64,000 bases of DNA, taken from Lepidodermella squamata (Eukaryota; Animalia; Gastrotricha). The notes below the pieces were generated by a model. The model made no database searches. It saw only the letters and a program-made list of their open reading frames with translations, and was not told the origin of the DNA. The position numbers were made by a program, and so were the translations under genes. Every line of letters begins with the position of its first letter. Position 1 is the stretch's first letter. The stretch lies in assembly GCA_047495785.1 (NCBI GenBank), contig JBLDXI010000026.1:1-64000 (forward strand). The letters run 5' to 3'. Shown piece after piece: positions 48,033 to 58,680 of the stretch.

Positions 48033-49621
48033 ATGGTGTTTTACCGTACGCAGTCTCAATTCGTACGGCATGTCCTTTCGCCATTTTTCTACTACCTCGG
48101 CATAGCCGCCATTTGCTGCCTGATAATTTTCGCGTATTTCGTGCTCAAAAATGCCCAAACTGGCCCGCAAGTCAAGCTCAAAGCCATTGAATTCAAAGAC
48201 GATGTTACTGCAAGCCCGGTGAAAGGATCAGACCACAAAGTTATAGTGCTAGGAAGCGATGGCCGAAGCAACGTTGAAGGTATAATTCCTTAAATTATTT
48301 AGCTATGCTACTCATAGGTTTTCTAATAGGAAACGTTCCATCTGGGAACTCGATTGCTCCACCTGTCCAGCTTGCAACCCAGCCTGCAACCCAGCCTGCT
48401 TCGAAAGCTCCAGTTACAGAACCGTCCTCAGGTTTCCAAAAACCGCCACCGCCGCAACAACGGAAAGGTAAGGAGGGTCGAGGCGAGCCGGGTTCAGATA
48501 CCTGGTACTCGATTCCGCCTCAACTGAATACGATGGTAAAGGTCAATAAAACGGCGTACAAATCTCGGACGTGCAAGGCGATAACAGGCCGCCGAGTTTT
48601 GATGAATTATGCCCACAATTGCTGCCGACGAAGTCAACCATTGAATTGCGATTCGGGGCTAAAAGTAGGAAAATTTTTGAATTTACAGGAATAAATTGAT
48701 GATTATTTTCAGAATGGCTTTGACATCTGCATCATGTTTAACCAATCGTCTATAGATCCTTGGTTTCTGGAGCACAGCAAAGAAGTAAATTTTTCTCTTG
48801 GACCTCATCAGAAATAAATAATTTTTACTAGGTATTTTCTGGAGCTACAATGGCCGGTTACGGTGTTTGGAAAAGCTATCTCAGTAATCAACATTTTTTT
48901 AATTAATTTTTTAATGTTTTGTCAATTTTGAAGTTATGCGGGTCTTAATGACCCTTGACGACGACGATATTTTATTTTATTCGGACAGTGGTGCTATTTG
49001 GTTAGCACCTCCTGATGATTATTTTTGCCTCATGGTAGGATTAAATTTTATTTAGAATTTTTTTATATAAATTTATATTAATTAGGACGAGCGAGAGCAA
49101 GATGTTGTAGTATTCAGCGTTGGTCTGCCAGAAGATGAGTACACAAAGGGTGGGCAATTACTTTAATTCTTCAATTTTTATTTGAAAAAGTGCTTGAATA
49201 GGTGATGCGTTTCTTATCGCAAATTGTATGACTGAGGAGTGTCAAACGTCGCAGCAACGTCTCGGCGGTTATTCAATGTACCGCAAATCGATGAAGGCGT
49301 TTCACTTCCTATCGACGTGGCTCACGTTCAATCAAGATTTGCGGATAGTTTCCGATAACCCGAGTACGCTGAACAAAAATTTGCCGAAATTCAAAGCCAA
49401 CCGGCACGACCAAACTGCTCTCAGCTTATCGTCTAAACGATGCGGCATTCCTGAATGGCCAGGTATAAAATTATGAGATATTTAAATATAACATTTTAAA
49501 ATATTTTTTTTTAGATCCCAGTCAATGGGGCGCTGCTGGTTATAACTTGATGCTGCGACAGAAGCCTGAATTCAAAAAAATTGCCAAAACGATAATCGAT
49601 TGTACTCGTGATAAAAGTTAG
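48033..49621 (+). CDS. Type II membrane GT-A-like putative glycosyltransferase, copy 1
   Basis: N-terminal TM, Pro-rich stem, motifs GYGVWKSYL, DILFYSDSG, YTKGDAF, NRHDQTALSL; many short introns. Confidence 0.75.
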
Positions 49622-50455
49622 TGATAATAATGTACAAAATCGGTATGAGTATGACCTATTTATTTTTGCTGTACCTATATGTCAATGCTGATGAATATTA
49701 ATTAACTCACTAATTTTCTAGCTTTCCATTTCATGTATACTCAGTCTAAAGGTGACACATTAATCAGCTGGATATATTTAAAGAATATTTTTATAGATTG
49801 TTGAACCATGCAAAATAAATGACAAGCCTGCATATTATTTGATTTTTGTTGTGATATATTGGGCATATTTTAGGAGAGAAACCCAAAACGTCGCGCCGAC
49901 TTATCCAAACATAAGGTGGTAAAATGATTTGAATTTTGCAACAGTCATGTCTAAATTAAGGGCGAAAATTCGGATTAGCTCTTCATAGATAGCAAGACAT
50001 TTAATGTTTCCTGCTCGGAGCCCGCTCATAAAACATCGCTTTGATGAGATCAACTTTGATGAATCTGCAAGTGACAGGCATTACGTCCAAACTGAACAGG
50101 AAAGAGCTATTCATTTAAAACTGACAGAGTTGATTTTTTGTTGGGTTTCCTTTTCAACTTCGACGCAAGTTGGGCAGGTGACACCTATGGATGTCAATGG
50201 ATGTTCAAGGCTCCAAGAGGTTCATTATCGCTTTCCAAAAAATTGAAGCTTCAAGAGTTTGTTTGCATAACCTAGGACTTTCAGGACTTTTTGTTGACCA
50301 TAGTCGACGTTGAGAGCAAATTCAGAAGTTTAGATGGCTGACATGTCAGCTTCAATTAGTTTCCTATAGCGCGATATGAAGTTTGATAGTAATGAAAGGA
50401 ACAAAACATTAGGATTGTTCAGTTTAGTCTTCTTCACTTTGAAAATTGATTTTGA

Positions 50456-52410
50456 ATGCCTCGCGGGTCGAAGATAGATTGCGCTGTAAGTTGATAATAA
50501 AAAAATGCTAATTGTCTCAGTGACCTATATCTTAAATTATTGCTGTGCGTTATTACAGGTATGCGGCGTCGAAACTACTCGAAAATACCGATGCGGAGCT
50601 TTAGTGTGCGAAGCTTGCAAACGCTTCTTCCTTCGACAGCGATCAACCAGCGATAAATTGCGATGTAACGGCAACTTCCCGCAAGGATGCGACGTTTCCA
50701 ACATCACTGCAGTGACAACACAAGGCGGCAAAAAGTGGCGACTGGTCTGCCCTTCGTGCCGCTTCGCTAAATGCAAAACTGTTGGCATGCGAACCGCTCT
50801 ATGCGAACAAAAGCCATTTGAACCTGTTAAGGAAGTTGTCGCTCCCGATCAAAGCATCCAATCTGATATGACTGAGCTGGAGCAGCGGCTGGTTGATTTT
50901 GCTTTGGCAGGGCGGCGGTTGTGTCAAGCTTTTGCGAACGTAAGCATATTTAAATACCTTAAAATGCAGGTTATTAGTGGAGAGGGTAAAATTGGACAGT
51001 TGGCTAGGTAAATAACTATGCTACACTGACCACACACGTTTTGCTTTGTCCTGTGAAAATACTTCATCTCCCCATCTTTTGTAAGGCGTAAACTTCAGCT
51101 GACTTGAGCGAGAACCAATTTTCGAAAAAATGTTTAAATGAATTTGTTCGGATGACGGATTAGGGACAATTAGGGACCCTTCTACCTCGTCACTGCAATT
51201 TTCGGAAAAAAATTTATACGAGAATTCTATAATAATTTCTCTCCCTGTTACCAGAAAAAAACACAGATTAGATGAGCCTGAGTTAGAGTAAATTTCAGAA
51301 TTTGCAACTAAGGAAAATTTCTTTTTTTAATTAAAAAAAAAACAGCTGATCTTTTGCTCGTGCAAAGGAGAACCCAAACCCAATCAGTATTTCAGGTCGC
51401 ACAGAATACGGTGAAATATTATAATATTTTCAGAAATTTCGAAAATTCAGGAATCGCCTTTCAAATGGCTTTGTCCGAAGTTACAAGTTACCCCTCGCTT
51501 CGTGATCGTGACAATGTGATAGACTGATTTTTTCATAATTTTAGCTCGAAATGCGCAAAAATAACGTGCTGACGCCCCAACACGAGGTTCAGGACGTGTG
51601 GCGCGATATCATGCATTACCAATTGGTACCACAGGCGCTAACTGTTCGAGAATTTCTGTACGCAATTCCAGGTAAATACCCGGCCAGAAATATTGGCAAT
51701 TTTATTGAGTTCTCTAAATGCAACAGGTTACAGAGATATCGATTTCATCACTCGAATCGAGATGTTTTCGTCCAGTTTTTGCTCTATGCTAATAGCCGAA
51801 AGTTGCTATCAAACTGAACCCCTTGGTTTCAGCATGAATTCCTATAATTATGAGGCTGGCATACGTTACTTCCCTGAACTTCGGGTGCGATTGTTTTTCT
51901 ACTAAAATCTCGTCAATCTTTGAACTTTCTATTTTTGGCTAGTACGTTGCAGAAGAAAAATTCGCCTTGTCCGAAATCATTCGACTTCTCAAACCTGATG
52001 GTGTCGAATTTGCTTGTTTTCTCGCCTATTTGCTTTTACACAACGGTGACTTTTTCCAATATCCGATCATTTTTATCGCAATCGTTTTCTTTTAATCTTT
52101 AGTAAGCTTGTGGCGCGAAATGACGCCTAAAATCATCGAAATGAGCAATCTCGTCAGCGCTCTACATCGGGCCTATTCTTTTGGTCGGGGTATCACTAAG
52201 TCGGCTGAAGAGTTTGAAAAACGTCGCCAATTGATTGCTTGGATTGTGAGAGCTTTTTCCGATGCTGGTTTGAAGCGAATGGAAGCTCTTGGGAAGGTTC
52301 AGTATCGCTTGCCTACTTTGATGAAGTTGAATGCGATATACAGCGAGGTGGTTGATAATATGAAGCCGCGGATACTTCCTAGAATTATGAACACAAATTA
52401 TGAGAATTAG
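50456..52410 (+). CDS. Divergent nuclear receptor NR-c
   Basis: MPRGSKIDCA|VCGV...CEACKRFF...CPSCRFAKC. LBD FLYAIPGYRDIDFITRIEMF and LKPDGVEFACFLAYLLL. Confidence 0.85.
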
Positions 52411-52562
52411 TTGTAAATTATTGACAATTTTTTCAGTTATTCTGTGAGAAAAATTCGTAATTGGAATATTTTAGCGAATTTCAAGATTATTCTGAGAATT
52501 ATATTGGATAATGAAGTCAATGGGATGAATGGGAATAAATAATTCGAAGTGCACTTTTATAT

Positions 52563-52881
52563 GGGCGTGACTTTTTTATCCGACCAATGTCTTATTACAT
52601 CAGACAACCAAAAATGTGACTAAAAATCATCCGACATTAAGATATCGATTTTCCCGATTTTCCCGAGTTCGATGTTTCTGCAGGGGCATAGCCCTTTTAT
52701 GCACCCTATTTTGGCCCCTGAACCGGCAGAATTTCATGGTGAAAGATTTATGGCAATCCGAGTTGTCACTTTTTTACTGTAATTTTTTGAAGATATGAAA
52801 AAGCAAGTCGGCAGGTTTTAGTCACATTTTTGGTTGTCGGATGAAATAAGACATTGGTCGGATGAAAAAAGTTTCCCCCCC
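52563..52881. mobile_element. MITE with about 60-bp terminal inverted repeats
   Basis: ACTTTTTTATCCGACCAATGTCTTATTACATCAGACAACCAAAAATGTGACTAAAA is mirrored at 52816-52872. Termini GGG...CCC. Confidence 0.8.
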
Positions 52882-53029
52882 ATTTATTCATGTTTCACAT
52901 ACAATTTTATACACATATTCATGTATGAAATTTCTACCTTTCATACATAATTATGTATTATATATGACGAAATATCCTTTCTTAAATAATTTTTTCATAA
53001 AATTGTGTTTTTCACGAAAACGACGAATA

Positions 53030-53143
53030 GGAGTTAGGGTTAGAAGTCAGTGTTAGGGATAGGGTTATAGTTATAGTTATAGTTTTAGTTTTAGGGCTTG
53101 GTTAAGGTTCAGGGTTCAGGGTTCAGGTTAGGGTTAGGTTTAG
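53030..53143 (+). repeat. Degenerate interstitial (TTAGGG)-like hexamer tract
   Basis: Units TTAGGG, ATAGGG, TTATAG, TTTTAG, TTCAGGG, TTAGG. Confidence 0.75.
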
Positions 53144-54017
53144 GTCGATTTCCAAGTTTTTCCACCGTTCGATGTAGGGCCCTTGCACTTCACCAATAAC
53201 AATTTACAATCAGAAAAAATTGGCTGCGTTATCGGAACCCCGTTTTTTGTTTTTAAAAACCGAAAACCGAAAGTTCGCTGCCATTTGGAAAAAAAATATG
53301 TATGAAAGTTAAATTGTTCACATTTGGTGGCTATTTTTTGCTGTAAATTGTACACTTTTAATTTGAGACAACATCGGCCCATTTCTAAAACGAACACATC
53401 TAGCCAGTTTAATTCGCGACCGCAGACATCGATCATCCTGCTGAATATAGGGTATTATTCCCATGCTGCCAACGTATACTGTCAAAAGTGTTAAATTTGT
53501 CACCTTTAGCAATCGTTATAAGCCCATTTGAACAATTTTTATTTCTAATTTTAGCTTTCTTCAGCCATCACTTTTGGCCTTTCGTCCTTGATTCTGTCAT
53601 GTTTTCCGATTCCGCTGGTTCATCCTGTTAAAACTTATAAGCATCAAGCGATTTTACGCAATGGATCCCCCTGCACTAGTTTAACGTTAGGAAATCTTGT
53701 ATAAAAGCGCACGTCCCAAAACTAAAATGGGGCGTTTCCAGGTTTAGAACGCTAATCAATCGTCTGTCAACTATAGCTACGTCCTATGCTTATCTAAAAC
53801 TCTGTATAATTGGGTGACAATCGCGCTTATTAAAAACGTGTGCTATTTGATTTACGACCACGCGGCGGTCTATTCGAAGCTAGCACTCATATTCATGCGA
53901 AAACGGATTATATAATTAAGAAAGGCGACAGATCATTTGTTTTTTTTTGATTGTTTATCCGTCCATGGCATGGTATATAAAGAAGCAGGGCAGCCGGACA
54001 TAGTCATAGCAAAAATC

Positions 54018-54609
54018 ATGCCTAAGGAGACTAGACCCAGCAAACATCACGAGAAAACTTTACGGTTTTGCTCGGTAAACCTCATTGTTCCTTTCCTTTC
54101 CATAGTTTTGAGTTACCTTGTTATTTCAGGTGTGCAAAGCGCAAACTTCGGAAAAGAGTTTGAATCAAGCAACAATTTGCTCGGCCTGTAAGCGATTCTA
54201 CCACAGACAGCACCTGAACCGTCAACTTCAATGCGTCAGTGGAAAATATGACTGCATCGAAGCCTTAAAACCCGAGCTAGCTGGGGTGCAATGGAATTCG
54301 AAAAAGTGGCGTTTCCCATGTGCAGCCTGTCGGTTGGAGAAGTGCAAATCTGTTGGGTTGTTGATGGAAGCCAAAGCGGAAGCTACTACTGCTATCCAGC
54401 AAGAAAAATCCGTGGAGTTGGTACCGAAATTGGAATTCCCAGCGCTTGATTTCCCGGAATTGTATCGGAATTTCAACCCGCGTCGTCCGAGACTTCAAAT
54501 TTTTGCGAACAGTCTGCTGGGTAGATGCATTTACGAAACTTTCTACGTTCTACTCAACACCGCAGATCCGCCCGAAGCAGATTTGTTGGCGAAATGCGAA
54601 CCGCAGTGA
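54018..54609 (+). CDS. DBD-only nuclear receptor NR-d, 2 exons
   Basis: TATATAAA at 53974. MPKETR...FCS|VCKA...CSACKRFY...CAACRLEKC. Stop at 54609, only 240 bp before the next gene. Confidence 0.75.
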
Positions 54610-54849
54610 AAAAAATTGCAGTAATTATGGACTCAATTTGAGTATCAGTTTTTATTTTCATCAGTATAAACCAATGTTGTGGCGATTAGACTTTAGACTT
54701 ATCTGCAGCTGAATAAATCGGCCGCGTGAAAAACCAGCGAAAAATAAATCATTCACGGCAGATAACACGCCTTATCAATTCACGTGTTGTAAACAGATCT
54801 AATAGTTGGAATTTCAGGTTATACACAGATGATAACTTTTTACTAAGAA

Positions 54850-56544
54850 ATGAGACGATCTACTATTTCTAGCTCGCTCTTCCCGGATGCTGAAAGTCTG
54901 AGGATGGCCGAGGATGCGCAGTTTAAAAAGCGCCAGCAAAAGGGTAGATGGCTTGCAAGCATCTGCTACTTCATGTTTGGCCTCATCTTCTCCCTGGCCA
55001 TCCTGCTGTTTCTGCTCATCAAATTTGAGTATCTTTCGCACAGCAACATCCACGTTCCAGTTTTGCCGCAATTAATTGTTGCGCAAAATGCGTCAGCTCA
55101 GGATCACCTCGAGCATGCGACAGATGACAATCACCCTGAGCCTCAAACGCCCATGTCGCTGACAGTTTTGGACCCAGTGTCACCGCAGAAGATAAAAATA
55201 ACTTCTGTCGACGAGCTGCCAGAGCCGCTTAATTCACCGACAGACGACGATGATTCTTCGCTGAACGAAGATGACCGGGTCGATGCGTTAAAGTATCAAA
55301 TACTCGATATTCCGAAATTCAGCCACCCTTCGATCGACCTTAAAGGTTTCAATCAATCTAAGAAGCACGGACGAGATGGTAGGGGCGAGCCAGGATCGGA
55401 TTCCTACTATTTACTGATTAATGGCGATACCCTAAATGCCGGAGTTGCAATCAATAAAACCGCGTTTGAAGCTCGGGATTGTTCAGCTGTTACAGGCAGA
55501 CGAATCCTGATGACTTACAGCCATAAGAATGAAACACCTGTATGTAGGAGTGGACTAGAGGTAATTTTGAATTGTCAATAATTTAGAACAAATCAATATG
55601 GAGTTCAGGTTGGATTCGATATTTGCGTTCATTTCACGTCAGAATCGATTGATTCCATTTTTATCGAGCAAAACAGACAGGTGATCTTGTTCTAACTATT
55701 TTGACCATTTTGACCACCCTTCATTTTTTCTACGATGGCTAGATTTTCGAAGAAGATGTCATGGGAGGTTTCGGACTCTGGAAAAGCTACCTAAGTAATT
55801 TTGTTCAATATTTCTGTGTTTGCGATTTCACGCCCGATTTTTCAGTTATGAAAATGTTAACGCTCCTCGACCAAGATGATGTCCTATTCTATTCAGACCC
55901 AGATTTGGAATTAATTGGCTCTGCCGAGAATCATTTCTGTCTTATGGTCAGCTTTGCTTTGCTTGTTTTATATATACAATTCTCCCTTTTTAACTAATTA
56001 GGACGAGAGAAATCAAGATGTCGTAACCTTCACCGCCGGAGTAGCTGAAAATTCTTACTCGAAAGGTTCCTTTTCCCTATAAATAACTGTAAAATAATCA
56101 AAATTTTACTTTATCCAGGAGACGCTCTTCTAATTACGAACTGCCTCAGTCGCGATTGCGCCTATTCGCAGCAAAGAACAAGCAAATATTCAATCTACCG
56201 AAAATCGATGTCAGCTTTCAGCTTTCTTTCGCTGTGGCTTTCCTTCAATCAAGACCTTCGAATTGTGTCGGATAGCCCAAGCAGTTTGAACAACGATTTG
56301 CCCAATTTCGCCTCAAATCATCAAGATCAAACTGCTTTCAGCCTTGCCTCAAAACGATCCAGAATCGCGGAATGGCCAGGTATTATAAAATATTCAGTCA
56401 TCATAATAAACATTAAACACTTTTTTCTACATCGAAGATCCTTCTCAGAACGGCGAATACGACTTCAGCCAAGTACTGCGAGAGAAGCCCGAGTTCAGCA
56501 GAGTGGCTAGTACGATACTGAAAAGCATTAATGCTACATTTTGA
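54850..56544 (+). CDS. Type II membrane putative glycosyltransferase, copy 2
   Basis: Paralog of 48033-49621: GRGEPGSD, GFGLWKSYL, DVLFYSDPD, NHQDQTAFSL; matching intron positions. Confidence 0.75.
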
Positions 56545-56659
56545 AAGAGATAATAAAACTAATTTGTGTCTATCACGCAATTCGAGTCTGTTTAAATGCC
56601 TCGAGTTCTTTCGGTTTCCTGCTATCGTCTATAGTTCACGCTTTTCAGTACTAAGAACT

Positions 56660-57748
56660 ATGTCGACTTCCGGGATGTCTGATGGAGCTGGTGTTCGATC
56701 GAAGAAACAGCTGATCGCCGCCGGTGTTAACAGCCTTGAGCTAATGGAACAGCTAACTGACGACCAACGGGATTCAGCTAAACAGGCCTTTTCGACCTTT
56801 GATTACTACGGTACTGGATTGGTTGCAACCTCAGACCTACGTCAGTTATTGCGAACCCTGGGATTCAACCCTACTGAAGAGGAGGTGGAGAGCGTCATTA
56901 ATGAGTACGAAATTGAGGGCACGCGCCAGTTCGATTTTCATGAGTTTCTGTATATCCTCGCCCCTATGCTGGTAAAGGACGAACTGGATGAGGAATTGTG
57001 GGAAATGATCCATGTGTTCGACCCTGGACGTAAGCGATAAATACACTGCGGGTCCCATATAAGTTGCGCATCCATTGTCTAATATTTTCCGACAATTAAA
57101 TTTATGGGGAGCATCTTCCATACTTTACCATCGATTCCATCGAAGAAATTTTGATCCAACCGAGGAAAATACCCAAAATTACCGAACCAGTTACCATCGG
57201 GATTTTTCGGGTTTTCTCTGGTCAACTTCGAAAGAATATTTTCCGAAAATTAAGTTGAAGGGGAGCATCTTCACCGGCGATTACATCGAATTTAAACTTG
57301 ACCGGAGAAAACCGGGAATACCCGATGCCTGATGTTAACTGGTTCGGTAATTTTCGGAATTTTACCCGGTTGGACCACATTTTCCGGAATTTTTGTTTCT
57401 GTGGAAGTTTTTCAATTTTATTAGCATTCTCGTGGCATTTGGAATGTCTTTAGGCACGTGACTTCATATCTCATAGTAGACTTTCTTTGGTTGGTTTCTT
57501 TGGGACTCACTGTATGATAAAGTTGCCGAACCTTATGTTAACGAATATTCTATTTTCCAGGCGTTGGCTCAGTTGAGGTGATGGAAATTCGATCAATCCT
57601 GGAGCAGATGCAGCAGAATGATCTCACACTTTTCGAATCTATGAACGAGGCACAAATCGATGAAATGTTGGCATTTATCGATCAAAACCGCGACGGCCTT
57701 GTTTCTGTGAATGAGCTACGCCGGGCTATTCAAGTTTATCAACAATAA
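56660..57748 (+). CDS. Calmodulin/troponin-C-like EF-hand protein (exons 56660-57029, 57561-57748)
   Basis: EQLTDDQRDSAKQAFSTFDYYGTGLVATSDL, LRTLGFNPTEEEV, FDFHEFL, IDQNRDGLVSVNEL. Confidence 0.88.
57042..57514. mobile_element. Tc1/mariner-type MITE filling the calmodulin-like intron
   Basis: TA-CACTGCGGGTCCCA...TGGGACTCACTG-TA ends. Internal inverted repeat about 57155-57193 versus 57335-57375. Second copy near 28.8 kb. Confidence 0.7.
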
Positions 57749-58680
57749 AATTATTGATTATTATTTGTTCCAATTTTTTATTGTTATTTGTACTTTCCTT
57801 TCGATTTTTTTTCCAATTATAGTTAACATGAGAGTGTTTCGCTCCAGATAAATCATCTATAACGACTAAAAACTTCATTCCGACAAGTTTATAACATCAA
57901 CAGGTAGGCGCAAAGAAATATCAAGATTACAGTAGAATTATACGAAATTTCATCGCATCATAAGAAAATACCGTTTCAAAAATCAGGCATACAAAATGTT
58001 AACATGGCCGCGCGGATATATGTCAATAAAATGGCAGATAAAAGGGCGAGCAGAAAAGGAACAGGTTATTCATTATTAAATCAAATTGAGGAGAAAATTT
58101 CGAGGCATCCCAGGCTCTTTTTCGACCGAAAAATGTGTAGACATCTCAAAACAGGCTGCTGCCACCAGGGATAATTTCACCTGTTTTCAGGCGAAAAATT
58201 CACCTGGTGGCAGTGCCTATGTGACGGTTTTGAGGCGTGTCGCATCTCGAAAAAGAAACTCTGCAAATGCCTCTGTACTTTTTTGTATTGAAGCGGAGGA
58301 AATCAAACTTAAAAAGCTCTGCGGCAGTTTTTTCATCTTCAAATATTGGACTTGTTAGTCCTCTTAAATTTGTAAATTATAACGAAAGACATGAGATTGT
58401 GTGCGCGTGTAATTTCTGGAAAAAACACGCGCAATTGTTAAGGTGGTTCTCGAAAGTCAGCGCAATTTCATTATTTTTTTCTTCAATATTTAGCGGCAGT
58501 GGTTCATGAAATTTTCGAACACGTAGTAAAACAGAACAAATATATAACAGGCATATAATAAAGTTACATTGACAAGTCATGTGTGTATAATATTTGACAT
58601 ATCAACAAGCTAAGTTGTTGTTGTAGTAGTATAAATGAGGACCGGAGGTGAGAGAGAGAGTGAGAGAAAATTCGAATCTT

